Positions 47,677-59,970 of a stretch of DNA of 64,000 bases are shown one piece after another. How positions within the stretch are numbered: the stretch's first letter is position 1; each line of letters opens with the position of its first letter. A program made the position numbers and the translations under genes. The notes beneath the pieces were generated by a model. The model ran no database searches. It was not told the DNA's origin and saw only the letters and a program-made list of their open reading frames with translations. The stretch is from Lophium mytilinum (Eukaryota): the NCBI GenBank assembly GCA_010093605.1, contig MU004181.1:2480001-2544000 (forward strand). The letters are read 5' to 3'.

Positions 47677-48080
47677 TCATCAATGACCTGCTTGCCACTA
47701 CGGAGAAGACTAAAGTTTGACTAATCTCGTTCTACGTCCAAACAAGGTGCTCGACATAGACAACCTATACCTTGAACTTCGCAGACTATATGTACTCTAT
47801 AACCTCAGGTCACAGGCCTCGACCCTCTCTATGTCGACAGCATGCAGTTCCTTATTTCGTAACAATAATAGTCACGATTCGCAGTACAGTGGGCGAAGGC
47901 CGTGATGTCGGCCAGGCAACAAGGCACCAAAATTGTCCGCCTCCTCAACTCTTGAACTCAGCAACTACGCTGAGACCTCGGAAAAAGGAGCTAGATGTGC
48001 TCGTGGCCCCTACTTTGATGCATGCACTACTTTCTTCTAACAATTCCGACCGCTCTTTGCTGGTTGCTGGTTTAAGGTAG
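47677..48080 (+). mobile_element. Possible degenerate DUF3435 tyrosine-recombinase (Starship captain-like) fragment
   Basis: Broken reading FINDLLA...RPNKVLDIDNLYLELRRLYVL...RQ..VPYFVTIIVTIRSTVGEG...SSNNSDRSLLVAGLR; recalled resemblance only. Confidence 0.3.
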
Positions 48081-48469
48081 TTCAGTTGGACATCGATATG
48101 CTAGATAGATAGGTCCTGCATTGATGCTTTGACCGGAATCACGGCCAACGGATGCAGCTGTGCCCTAGCTTCCAGTATCGTTACCTAGGTATCACTCGAT
48201 GTCGTCTTACGACCGTCAGGCCGGTGATTTCGTTCGCCAAGCCCGCGAGGCGTAGTACTCGGCCAATCTGATTATATTAAGAACATGAATGAGTTTCGAA
48301 TATGCGGAAGTTGATGGTACAGCTGACCTAAAAGCCCATCACCGACCCCCATCCCACGCCGAAACATCGTGGACGTCGCAGAGCTTACATTACCCTCGCT
48401 ACCCTAATCAGAACGCCAAGAAAGTTCATCTAAAACCCAGAATCGCTAAATGCCATCACTCTTCATCCG

Positions 48470-50243
48470 CTACGAAGCCGCAGCTGAACTTCCGTCCTGT
48501 AGCGTCCGCATGCGCTCTCTTCGCATGACGTCCCTCATCTCCTCGAGCATGACTTGATTGAACTGCTCCGGCCCGTCAAGATAGACGTGATGGCCGGCCT
48601 TCTGTATTATCACAACCTTAGCGGATCCATGGTCGTTGCGCTTTTCCTGTTCACTTGCGTTGGCTAATAACCGCGCGCGTTCCTGCTTGATCTTTTCCTC
48701 TGCGGCATATCCACCAGCAATATCCATCCAGTCGTGCTCACCGTACATGAGGACTACGGGGATGCCAGTCTCGCGAACGCGGGGAGCATCCGGGTCGCTA
48801 GCTGTGATCGAAGCGGCAGTGGAGTCTGTCGACTTCTTGGAGGTCTTGTGGCATTTAGTGTCTTTTGGAGCGTCCGCGTCTACAGTCGGCCCAGAATGCG
48901 GTCCGATGTATTGCCGGCCCACGCCTTGGATACGCCGGATCAGCGGACTTCGAGCGAATGCGCCGGGTGCGAGGATGCGGCCCAGGGCGTATTCACCGGA
49001 GCCTGGTTGCCGGAAGAGCGAATAGCTGTAGTCATGCAGAGCCTGAGCTTCTTCATTAGGTAGATGGGAAAAACGCCGGGATGTCCAGCCAGACACGAGG
49101 CGTGGTCCGAGAGGACCGCTCCAACGGACTAGCGAGAATGGAGATATGTTCTTGTCCCAGAGGTACACGAGCCATCCGGGGAGTGGCTTGCGAGGAGGCT
49201 CTGAGGTTGCCGGAGTTGAGGTTCCTGACGAGGACTTAGCAGCCTTAGACCGAGCATTGAGGAAGTTATTGTTGTCGCCAGGCTTTGGCGCATTGGAATT
49301 AGAGTTGTTAATAGCCTCATTTTGGTCTTGAAGAAATTCATTTGCCATTGTGGAGTCCTCGGGCTCTGGCATGGCCGCGTTTACTGCGTAGGGGTCTTCC
49401 GGAATACCTACAGGGGAGGCGAGGATGAGCTTGTTGAGATGTCCTGGATATTTGAGAGCATAAGCAACAGCTAGATAGCCTCCTAGACTGTGCCCGAGAA
49501 GTGTGAACCGATCTAGGTTCTTCTTTACCCGCCATTCTTCCAAGGCATCGATAAAGAAGGATTCAGCTTCGATGACTTGGTCTGCGCGTTCTTTAGCATG
49601 AACCTCAAACTTTGGCCGAGTGCTCCGGCCCATCCCTAGCATATCCAGGGCGTAAAGCTTCCAGCCCTCAGCACGGCTGAGACCTTCGAAGTTCTTGTAG
49701 AAAAACCCAAGGCCCGCACCGTAACCGTGTAGCATTACTAAATTCTGTTCAACAGGTTCACCGATGCGCTCAATCGAGAACTCGTTCAGAGCGCGGTTCT
49801 TGCCACTCAAGTGTACCATTTGCGAGCTCCATCGTCGCGGACCATGGGGATCGTTGATAGAGTTAGTCGTGACTTGTTCCAGTTGCTCTCCGTCCTGAGA
49901 CGACACGTTCATTGTAGAGTTCGAGGCGGAGACGGGTGCGGATCCCGTCTCGGTATGCGTAGGAGGTTTCTGAAGGAGAGGTATATATGATAGAACTCGA
50001 TGTTCTGTCATTGCTGGCGACAGGCTCGCCCACTGTTCTGCATCAGCACCGCAGGCGCAATCCGAGTCTCTGAAAACAACATACCCATTGATTAAACCCA
50101 TCCTTTGCGCCGAGAGGGAACATATTTCCAAAGCCCCGCCTTCGTTGGGTTTCCGATCCTCCTTCCTTCGCTCGCTGCGAGGCCAGGGTGCTTTGCTGGC
50201 TACGATCCCGCAGATCGTCGCCTTCGCTAGATGACGTCGCCAT
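48470..50243 (-). CDS. Alpha/beta hydrolase, CLD1/ICT1/ABHD4-5 family (cardiolipin deacylase-like)
   Basis: Exons 50243-50085 and 50032-48470; LHGYGAGLGFFYKNF, DMLGMGRS.RP, GHSLGGY nucleophile motif, LILASPVG, C-terminal GHHVYLD (HX4D). Confidence 0.88.
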
Positions 50244-51273
50244 TGTGGAATATGAAGAGCGGTCGCGCTGACTCTGAGAGTACAGAAGGATGGTCGAGGA
50301 GGCGCCCACTAAGCCTATGGCCCGCGAATGGTTCCCGGGGGGCAAGGAGGGCGAATAGTGAGTGCTGAGGATATACCGCAGCAGATTGCGCGGAAAGAGG
50401 GTTGAGGGAGGCAACTTCGAGACTCGGGTGGCAGCAGACACGCTAGGCGCCCACCGTCTTATATGCAGAAAGTTTCGAAGAAGCGTCGCAGTTAGGAGAA
50501 ACAGGCGGGCTTAGCAGGAGACGCGTAGGGAGGCAGGCGAAGAGGGCATTGGACACAGTGGCGGCCGGCGTTAAGAAGGCTTTGATGGTGGTTTGGTCCT
50601 CAGCCCGGCGGCCAAATTCTTGTCCGACTTCTATATGGAGATGCCGACACCACGGCCGGACATCACTATGCAGGAACAGCATCCTCAGTGCCTAGATGAC
50701 GCGTACACTTCTCCTTTCTATTTGAGAGCTCGAAAATCCCGCTTCTGTTGATATATGGCAGCATATAAGTAGCCCCTTCCGCGAGCCTTACCGTCCACGG
50801 GTTTCGAGTCGTCCGAAGCTTGACCGGCTTCAAATCCGCGAATGGCTTCGAAAGGCCTTTTTTCCGCGTGAACCCCTTTACGGTGTTGGTAGACTACTGC
50901 ATGTATGTCTCAGGGGTCTTGACTTTCAAAATACGGTTTTTGGAGAAAGACGTACTCCTTTAAGTCTACAGCTTCTTGCCACTACTTGCAGGCTTCAAGC
51001 TGTTTCCAGTATCCGAATGAGATGAAATCATATCATGCTAGACACTCTATACACTTCCTAGAGCAATCAGACGGCTATGAGAGAGAGGTCACAGGCATAT
51101 CGTAAGGTGCTGTCCTTTCATAACTCATCTGCGGTGCCTTAATTTAGATAACACAGTCTGAGGGAACCAGAAGGTTCAAGATATCGTTCCATTAATGTAC
51201 GTCTGAACAACATCTAGCAACGTTGAAACCGTAGTACCCAGATGTAAGCACATTCGTTTCCCAGTGACATATC

Positions 51274-52254
51274 TCATCTACCCACCGCCTTGATCAACGC
51301 AGCGTCGTCCAAAACCTCTACCCGCAAAGCCCGCTCAACTATTCCCAGTGCTTCAGCCGTCGCACACACCTGCCTCTGCTCAACCGCAAGGCGCCCAAAC
51401 CGCTGCCAGAGCCCCGTACAATTGCACCTCTCCGCGTCCATCTCCCACCCAAAAGCCTCCTCGATCTCACCCACAAACCCTAGCGCCGCCCCTTCCTTCC
51501 CCCACGCCTTCAAAAGCTGCACAAACCTGCAAGTCTCCCGCCCAACATGATACGGCCCCGTCTCCTTCTCAAGCATGCTCTCAACATCCCAATCCTGTAC
51601 ACACGCACTGCCGAAATCAATCAACACCACATTCGGCAGCCCCTCGTAGTCCTGCCGCCGGCGGAAGTCGCACATGACGTTCTCGTCGTGCAAATCGCCA
51701 TGGAGCAGCGGGAACGGCTGCATTTCATGTAGGAAGCACAGCGCCGCGCTGAGCTGGATGAAGAGGTGGAAGAAGAAGCATTGCGCGTCGTGCACGCGCG
51801 GACTCAGGTTTACGCGGAAGTCCTCCAATGTGTGTCCGACTACAGCCGTTGTAGCGAGCCAGGGATACTCCAGGTCTGGGTCTGCGTCAAGCAGCTCTGC
51901 GAAAAAGGGGGTGTCGCGGGCCTCTGTGGCGGCTTTGATGAGGCGCAGGTGCTTGACTTCGTTGGCGATGTAGTTGCGGTGGGAGTTGTGGCCGATTTTG
52001 ACGACGCAGAGTTGTTGCTTGATTGCGAAGAGGAGTTGCGCTTTTGGCTGGTCTGGCGGTAGGTCTGCGATTGCTTGTTGCGAGATAGCGTAGTGTGCTA
52101 TTGAACAGATGCCACTACCGGCGGGCTGGATCTTGATGAACTTTTCAGGCCAGCGCTCGTGCCATTGCTTGTCGGGTGGCCGATGACCTGGGCACACGGT
52201 TAGAGACTTGCTGGATGAAGCTGTTGATGTTGATGGTGAGACCATTGGTTCCAT
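51274..52254 (-). CDS. Divergent protein-kinase-like protein
   Basis: Intronless; AGSGICSI (G-loop-like), VVKIG, ANEVKHL, LHGDLHDENVM, VLIDFG; no APE motif. Confidence 0.7.
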   Translation of the reverse strand: MEPMVSPSTSTASSSKSLTVCPGHRPPDKQWHERWPEKFIKIQPAGSGICSIAHYAISQQAIADLPPDQPKAQLLFAIKQQLCVVKIGHNSHRNYIANEVKHLRLIKAATEARDTPFFAELLDADPDLEYPWLATTAVVGHTLEDFRVNLSPRVHDAQCFFFHLFIQLSAALCFLHEMQPFPLLHGDLHDENVMCDFRRRQDYEGLPNVVLIDFGSACVQDWDVESMLEKETGPYHVGRETCRFVQLLKAWGKEGAALGFVGEIEEAFGWEMDAERCNCTGLWQRFGRLAVEQRQVCATAEALGIVERALRVEVLDDAALIKAVGR

Positions 52255-52684
52255 GATTGTTGCGTGCGAGGGTGAGAGAAATTGTAAACGTCCTGCGAGT
52301 GAGAGGTGTTGTGCGAAATAGGTGAAATCATCTGAACTGACCCAGCGACTTTACGGATCAAACAGGAACATTCACTTACATCTAGTTCAGACGCCCAAAA
52401 GTGAATTGAAGTGTTTCGGAGAATGGCGCCCAAGCTTGTGCAAACTCATGTTATAGTAGCGAACCTGACGGAGAGGGCTAGTGAGTCCGAACTTTCAATG
52501 AATAATCCAAGGTTAGTCGTCAGATTAATGTTCTCTCTTCAAGCCATGCCGGGTGAGTGTACACAGACCATCGCTGCGCCATACTGAGGGTAAACATAAG
52601 CAAAAGAAGCGATTATCTTATTACAATCTATTTAACGCTCTTCCAAGAACATTACGCACCTTCCACCATTAATGTATTCTACCC

Positions 52685-54582
52685 CTATTGGGTCTTCCGC
52701 ACCTTAGTGAAGGCGTTCCTCGACCATCCATCCGCCTCCTGCACAACCGCTCTCTGCAGCTCGTACTTTCCGATCCACGGGAGCAGCTTTGCCCATATGA
52801 CCCAGTAAACTCCGCCAGCTGCGAGTATCCCCAATCCGACCACGCAGTGGAGGTAGTAGGGCAAACTCTTGTACTGGTTGTCGGCTGGAGTCGGCGGTGG
52901 AACGTAGGGGGCTACGGCGAGGTAGATGTTGCTGAGGAAGAAGAAGACAATGACCGGGAAGGTGGCTCGGACGGGCGGGCGCCAGTTATCGGCTTGAGAA
53001 TGGCGGAAGCGCGCTGGCAGCGGGAGATGGAGGTAAAGAAGGCCGAAGGAGACGAAGATGTTAACGATGGAGAGGGGGTAGGAGATCAAGTTCAGGACTA
53101 GATTTGAAAAGATTAGCCATGGTGTCTCTTTGACTTACTGATGGTGACAGCGAAGGTCTTGGAATGGCTTGACTCACTGAAGTTGTACGCATCCCCCGGC
53201 GGTGGGGCGAGCATAATGATCACGGAAACCAGCCAATGCTCAAACAGTCCCATGAACGGTGCGTTGAAGGGCTTGTTGCTTGCCCAAATCCTCGAGAAAG
53301 GTAGGATACCTTCTCGTCCCAGCTCTTGTACCAGTCGTCCTTGCGAAAAGATAACGGACAGGACGTTTCCGAAAGCACTCAGTGCCACGAATACACTCAA
53401 TGCTCGCTCAGCCTTTGGCCCGAATACGTTCCTGAAGAAGCTTGCCGCAAGAATGCGTCCGCTGCTTAGGATCTCTTCCCTGGGTACAGCAGCAAAATAG
53501 GCGATGTTGGCAAGCATGTAGAGGATTCCTACGATGAGGATGGCTAGCGGCGCGGCGATTTTGAGATTTCGAACCGGATTGCGCATCTCTGACATGGCGT
53601 AATTGGCATTGCTGTAGCCGATGTAGCTCCAGATGACGTTGTAGAGAGCTGTTACGATGCCATAGGCGGAACCGGTTGTACCCTTAAAGGCATCATCGAA
53701 GTTGTGGGGCTTGTCAATTTTGAGGTGACCACCGAGCGCTGCCTATGAGACGTTAGCAAGACACCATTGATACAGATTAGGGACAGGCGATCTTACAAAG
53801 CCGGAAAAGATGATGATAAGAAGTATGATTAGCTTGATGACCCCGAGAGCATTCTGGAGCCGCAGTCCCCATTTTAGGGCTAGGCCATGAATAAGGAACG
53901 CAGCAGTGATGCAAGCCAGACCAACGCCTCGCTGATTCCATCGGCCTACTTCGACTTGGGCAGCATTGAGAATGTATTCGCCGAAAATGACACTGTTGGA
54001 ACCAGCCCAGCCTATCGTGTATGTCAGTATAGCCTCTGATGAAAGTCAAAGAAAATGAAGCATACCAAGCAGAACAACATATCCGGTCTATCATAAATGA
54101 CTTCGTCAGTGATCCGCTCCAAATTTAAAACTGGTGCGATCATGGACTCACATAAAATCCAGTAGCCAGGAACTTGGGTCTCCGGTAGAAGAACTCTAAA
54201 TAGTTTTTTTCTCCGCCGTTTCGTGGAAGGCCAGTTCCCCATTCGAGGTAAACCATCATGCCAGAGGCGGCGATGAGCATGCCAATGACCCAGATGAATA
54301 AGGCTAGACCGACGCTACCACTAGAGGCAAAAATGCTGCTTGGTGTAGCGAATATACCAGTTCCCACCATGCGGTTGAATATACTACTTTAAGTTAGAAC
54401 CACCAAAAACACTCGTTGAAGGAAGCATACAGGAAGATAGCGCTGGTGAGGCCAATTTGTTTTCGAGATTCGCTCGTGGTGTATACATCGCTAGGCGCGT
54501 CGCCTTCGAGATGGCTTTCAGTGACATCCTTGCTAGCCCCGCTGGGACTATACAAAGGAGGAGACTCCGTAGTGTGCTTCAT
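52685..54582 (-). CDS. MUP1: High-affinity methionine permease (APC/LAT family)
   Basis: Multi-exon; KQIGLTSAIFL.FNRMVGTGIFATPS, LEWGTGLPRNGGEKNYLE, YNVIWSYIGYSNANYAMSE, QELGREGILPFS, PPPGDAYNF.LNLISYP. Confidence 0.88.
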
Positions 54583-55906
54583 ATTGTGCTTTTCAGCTTG
54601 TTAACGAGGATGAGAAGACGAAAGCACGAAACGATGCATTTCTTATGAACCTCTGGAAGAGACATTTTCTCTTGGTTTTGCGCAAAATATTCGCCATGGT
54701 GTAATACATCACACAAAAGACGAATTCGCCAAGTTTGGTGGCAGCATCCGCTTTTCAAGTAATGAGAACTGAAAATTTATTACGCGATGAAACCATTCCA
54801 CCCCTTCCTGGTTACTGCCGAGCCCTGGCCAGAGGCTACCACCGCGTACACTCGGCGTCTTGTGTGGATGAGGAAGCTCGCTATGTCGCCATTTTTCTTA
54901 CTTCTCGCTGAGCTTAGCAGCGCGCCCGGCATTACGACCAATACCCACGCCAAGAGTGGCAAGACGTGGCAACACCTCAAATATCGCAATTCGAGGCCGT
55001 ACTTACTGTGCACGGTAGCAATTGTCTCCTACTCTCAATGTGACTTCAGGCGTCTTGTCATCCTCAGTGCAAGCCACTGCTCCGGCCATTCCGTTCCAGA
55101 GAGTCATATGTACGAGCAGAATTCTCCTTTTCAAAACACAACTGGCAGACGCGTGGGGTTTCGATGGTAGATGCTCATGAGAGCTCTAAAGGTGGTGGTG
55201 TCGCAGAGGGTCTCGTGTCGAAGGAGAGAGGTAACGTGCAGCCGTCACTTGACCTCTGACTAAGCTGCCTGGAGATCAAATAGGTTAGTGTAATAAAAGG
55301 ATTTAGAGCCCCTGCAAAAGCAATTCTGGCCAATGAAACTTCTCTCATCAACTTCTTTTACCGTAATTTACCCTTGCAGCCAACCTGCACTATTACCACA
55401 GCATGCGTCCAAGGGATATACATACATACAAACACACATACACCTGAGTAGCTGATCGGAATACACCGGTGAGTCTTTCGAAAGAAACATGCACAACTGA
55501 CAGACTTATTCTATAGCGATGAACAGTCCTTTGATGATTAGATGTCGAGGGATATCCTGTTTTCGCTTCTAGCCAATCGGATCTCTGCATTAGTCTGTTT
55601 CAAGAAATACTCCACATCAACACTCGACGTCCCTTGAAGCAGACTATCTACAGATCTCAAAAGCTCAAGAGAGTGTATCTTCAGCTAATTTTGCACCTAT
55701 CAACTATTCACCGCCCGGTAGGAAACGTACGAGCCTCGACCCAGTGCTGGACCATTGCCAGCACACCCTTGCTTCACCGCTCGCTTTTTACCGAGCCGCC
55801 TCGACATCATCCTGATATCCCGCAGCTGCATACATACATTCACTCCAGCGACTCCAGCTGCCCTTATACCGCACGCATCCCTCATGTCCCTCCTCAAACC
55901 ACCGCC

Positions 55907-57331
55907 ATGTCCTCCAAGCTCGACCAGATCGTCAAGGGCGCGCCTCCTCCGAATCTCAGCGCGCCGCAGCTAGCAGCCTCCGTCTCCGCATCAGCCAATG
56001 CCCGCCTCGCTACCCTCAAAACACCACGACCGCCGCACCCCCCCTCAGACCCTACCTCCTTACTCCCCTCCTCTCCGCCGCAGATATACCTAAACCTCCT
56101 CATCCTCGAAGCCTCCCTCCGCAGCCAATTCCTCACTCTCCGCGCCCGCCGCCGCCAAAACACCTTCGTCCTCACCCTCCTCGTGCTGTGGATACTATGG
56201 TTCACCTACGCCCTCTTCCTGCGGCCGCGCGAAGACGGCACCGGCGTCGGCGGCTCCGTGTACTGGGTCGTTGACATGGCGGAGAAAGTCGCCTTCATGG
56301 GCGGCGTCATCACTGCCATCCTGTTCTGGGCCACCGGGCAGTGGGAGCGCGGCGTGCGGTGGCCGCGGCGGTGGATCGGCGTCGCGAACCGCGGCCTGCG
56401 CGGCATGAACTGCAAAATTGTCGTCATCAAGGGCCCCTGGTGGCGGGAAGCCCTCAGCCATCTGAGCTTCCTCATGCCATGGGAGCTGGTCTCGGCGAAT
56501 ACTCCAGGTGGGAATTACCACTATATCAATTTTGCGCAGGAGAAGAAGGAGCATTTGAGTGGGGAGGGCAGGCCGAGGAGTATGGTTACGGAGCATGGGC
56601 AGGAGTATGCGGAGGAGGATGTTAGTCGGGGTGGGAATTATGTGAAGCTGTTGTTGCTGCCGAAGCCGTTTACGCCGGATTTTAGGGAGAATTGGGAGCT
56701 GTATCGGACCGAGTATTGGGAGAAGGAAAATGAGCGGCGGGCGGAGCTGAGGAAGAGAGTGAAGAGGCGGCAGAGGGAGATTGCCAAGGAGGAAGGCGGG
56801 TGGTTATGGTGGACTGGTTGGAGAGGCTGGAAGAAGGCGAGAGGCGTTGGAGGCAGGCTGGCCGATATCGAGAAATCCCATCACCATGGGCACGGGCATA
56901 GTCACAGTTTGTCGACGCATAATTCACTCAAGAACAAAACGAGGAGAGCGAGTCTACTCAAAGAACGGGGACGAGACGGTTCACATTCTCGGTCTTCATC
57001 GCGAAGCACTACACCAACACCAGAAATCGACGAACGTGCTGCGAGAAGCAATCTAGAAGAGAGGCAAAGGAGATGGAGCAATAGTACCACAGGCAGTACC
57101 TCCGACCGGCGAAGAAAGAAGGGCACAGCGTCAGTTGCAATGACATCGGCAGGAAGGCCTGTCAGGCTTACACCAGCCGGATCGAGACCTCAAACACCAA
57201 ATACAGGAACTTTGCTGGATATGGCCAGCAAGAGAGCTTCCACTCTGAGCACCGCAGAGAGCTTGTCCGGCACAGAAGGGGAAAGCCCCGGAGCAGTATT
57301 GGATGAGAGACATATGGCACCCTCAGCATAG
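55907..57331 (+). CDS. SPO7: Spo7, regulatory subunit of the Nem1-Spo7 phosphatase
   Basis: SSPPQIYLNLLILEASLRSQ...RRRQNTFVL, two TM helices, RWPRRW...NRGLR..N.K.V, VKLLLLPK.F..DFRENWE.YR.EYWEKE. Confidence 0.88.
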   Translation: MSSKLDQIVKGAPPPNLSAPQLAASVSASANARLATLKTPRPPHPPSDPTSLLPSSPPQIYLNLLILEASLRSQFLTLRARRRQNTFVLTLLVLWILWFTYALFLRPREDGTGVGGSVYWVVDMAEKVAFMGGVITAILFWATGQWERGVRWPRRWIGVANRGLRGMNCKIVVIKGPWWREALSHLSFLMPWELVSANTPGGNYHYINFAQEKKEHLSGEGRPRSMVTEHGQEYAEEDVSRGGNYVKLLLLPKPFTPDFRENWELYRTEYWEKENERRAELRKRVKRRQREIAKEEGGWLWWTGWRGWKKARGVGGRLADIEKSHHHGHGHSHSLSTHNSLKNKTRRASLLKERGRDGSHSRSSSRSTTPTPEIDERAARSNLEERQRRWSNSTTGSTSDRRRKKGTASVAMTSAGRPVRLTPAGSRPQTPNTGTLLDMASKRASTLSTAESLSGTEGESPGAVLDERHMAPSA

Positions 57332-57615
57332 CTTGTATAGCCGTTTACGAAATCACTCAATCTACGAATGTACATACGTCACAGTTTGGTTCATTATTCG
57401 AAAGCAGTGATTGTTCAGTTTGGAAGATTACCGGACCAAATATATCACTAAATTATTGGGGAAAGAAAGTGTATTCTCGGTTGGGAGGTTTGCCATTGAA
57501 AGTTCGTTCAAAAGCTACAAGCAAGCTTGAAAGAAACGAGAGCTGGATGCCTTTGGAGCATTAACAGTAGAAAGAGGAAAGAGCCGATCTGTCTCGCCGT
57601 CCCACATCAACCCAT

Positions 57616-58368
57616 TTACACGCGCCAAGAATCAGGTGGTGGCTCAGGCCCTCGATATCCGTCGAGGCCTAGGTTGAATGTATGCGACGGCATGAGAGGA
57701 AGCGCCGGCGGTCTTGTAGCCCTTGGGCTTTGGGCGGCTTCTACGGGTACACCCCCTTCCACATCTCGGGACTCCTGTGTCTGCTTCCTGCGTAAGAAAA
57801 GTACGAACGGCCACGCCAGGATCTTAACCGGCCAGTTTGGCGGATCTAAGACGAAATCTCGAAACTCGCGGTGGCGATCAGAACTACTTTCTACCTCGTC
57901 TGCTGTTAGGGCAAGGAAAAGAGGGATGAGGAAGTAATACGCTAGCCATGCAGCGCAGAGGGCTATGCCAACCACGATCAAGGATGTGCCCCATGCAGGG
58001 AGGTGGTGGGGAGAATGACTTACAGGGCTAGCATAAGTGTAGTCCGTGGGCCCGGTCTTGTTGGACAACACCGTACAGTTATGAAGGAATGTACAGTTTG
58101 GAGGAATCGGGTTGGTGTGGGTGGCGGGCCCGGTGTTGTTGAACAAAGCGGTACAGTTACGAAAGACTATACAAATTGGAGGGCCTGGGTTGATGATTGT
58201 CCCATTCAAAGGAGCCCCGGGCATCTGTATAGTCCTGTTGGACGGGGCTTCAGGTATTGGGGGATCTCCGCTGCAGTGTGCAGAATGAAATGGATCAAAG
58301 AAGGAACGTGGGCAGAAGATGGACGTCATCTTTCTGGTGATCCTTTGGAGGGCTTCGAGGTGTCTCAT
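57616..58368 (-). CDS. Orphan membrane protein, tandem family member A
   Basis: Intronless; many N-x-T sequons (NRT, NGT, NCT x3, NNT, NKT), one TM helix, then FRDFVLDPPNWPVKILAWPFVLFLRRKQ. Confidence 0.6.
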   Translation of the reverse strand: MRHLEALQRITRKMTSIFCPRSFFDPFHSAHCSGDPPIPEAPSNRTIQMPGAPLNGTIINPGPPICIVFRNCTALFNNTGPATHTNPIPPNCTFLHNCTVLSNKTGPTDYTYASPVSHSPHHLPAWGTSLIVVGIALCAAWLAYYFLIPLFLALTADEVESSSDRHREFRDFVLDPPNWPVKILAWPFVLFLRRKQTQESRDVEGGVPVEAAQSPRATRPPALPLMPSHTFNLGLDGYRGPEPPPDSWRV

Positions 58369-58589
58369 AGGCGTGCGCTAGGCTTTCTTATACTTTTCTG
58401 GGCGGTTGCTGGAGAAATCTTAGCTTTCGTGTACAATAATGAAAGAGATTCGCCTATTATATGTGAGTGCACAATGTTGTATCATTTTCAAAATGTGGCA
58501 CGAGAAGAATGACTGAGATCGTTCGAATTCTGAAAACGTTGCGAAACATTCCCGGTCGTTATCACTCAAAGGATACTGCATACCATTCC

Positions 58590-59378
58590 CTATATCGTGC
58601 ACCGAGCTCTTCGTAGAGCTCGCGACTCGCCAACGTTCTCGACCGTCGCCGCCCTCTTTCTCGCTTCCGGATTCGTAGAAGTAACCTCTTCCGACCCTTG
58701 AGAATCTTCTGAAGCAGATTCAATAGTTCCCAAGACGCCAGCGTGTTGCTCGAAATGCTCGCTCACGGCACGAAAAGACCTCACAGAGGCACCCCTGCTT
58801 ACTCGTACCTGACGGAGAGGCCCTCGCCGTTGTCTTGAACTGGAATGTCGACGAACTGCGTCAAACAAAGTCCGAACGCTGCGATCCATATCGACAGTCG
58901 TACCCGAATCCTCGCTCCTCCGGGGCTGTTCTCTGATTCCAGACTCGACCGACACCCGGTTGACCTCTGGCGAGTGTTCTGCCCTCGCCCTATCCCCAAA
59001 AGATGGGAACAACTCGAGAGTGTCGTCCGAGCTGCCTGACTCGACCTTTGGTAGTGCCATCTCCGCGTCTTCTTGCTTCTGGCGCTTTTGTTTTTGATAG
59101 GATACCCAAATCCTTGCTGGCCAGGTGACAGCGATGACACTGCACTCCGGTGACTCTAACAGGAATGTTCTGATTGCTCCTTTGCGGGTTCCTGATCTCT
59201 TGCCGAGGATTTGGAACATTGGGAAGCCGATGTAGTAGACAACGTATCCCAAGACAATGATGGTGACTACAAGAGAGATAATCGTCGCGTTCGAGAGATC
59301 CTTGCCTTGAGATGCGGAAGGTAGAGCGACGCTCGTGCCGTTGATCATGGTGATATTTGGAGTGCGGCTCTCAAGCAT
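58590..59378 (-). CDS. Orphan membrane protein, tandem family member B
   Basis: Intronless; NITMINGT, NAT, TM helix, then IRTFLLESPECSVIAVTWPARIWVSYQKQKRQK. Confidence 0.6.
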   Translation of the reverse strand: MLESRTPNITMINGTSVALPSASQGKDLSNATIISLVVTIIVLGYVVYYIGFPMFQILGKRSGTRKGAIRTFLLESPECSVIAVTWPARIWVSYQKQKRQKQEDAEMALPKVESGSSDDTLELFPSFGDRARAEHSPEVNRVSVESGIREQPRRSEDSGTTVDMDRSVRTLFDAVRRHSSSRQRRGPLRQVRVSRGASVRSFRAVSEHFEQHAGVLGTIESASEDSQGSEEVTSTNPEARKRAATVENVGESRALRRARCTI

Positions 59379-59970
59379 CAGGTTGTAGAGATTACTGTGG
59401 AGCGTGCTGAAGCCAAGCTCTAGTGGCAGGAGCGTGTTGTTTCGTGAAAGCTTGAGAGGTGGGGGTGGTGGTGGTCCAGAACGCGGTGCCTGTGTCTGAA
59501 AGTAGGCATGAGAAGGTTATGCGTGGACTATTTAAATTAAAGGAGGTGGTTCATATACATGCTAACCCGACAGTGAATGGAAGAGGGGGAAGCTCTACAC
59601 GTGAATGATTGCGATCATGTTACATTTTGGTCACGAAACTTGAAATAGGAGTTATAAGCATGGAGTTGGTGAAAGACATTGAATTGAGAGACTGATGACG
59701 ATTGAGATAGGTATGGCGGTTGGAAAAAATACCGTGCGGGAATATTTTAGCAACTCGTGAGACTATTGTAGAGAAATGGAAGAGTCGTCGAGTACCCAGC
59801 TGGGGGTGTGTTGGATTGCAGGCTGCAGCATCTTACATAAGGTATGAAGCGAACATTATGTACATGAAAGCTCTGTTTGCTACTACCCATTGATTGCTGT
59901 AGGTGATTGTCATTCTAACTGGGTGTTAACTGTCCGTCATCATCTAGAGGAAGTCAGACTGAGCCTGTTC

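Noticed and set aside
50740..50975. Possible Pol III or H/ACA ncRNA (B-box-like GGTTTCGAGTC, T6 run, short hairpins, ACA)
   Set aside because: No cloverleaf, imperfect B box and no convincing two-hairpin H/ACA layout; it would need an Infernal/Rfam hit to support.
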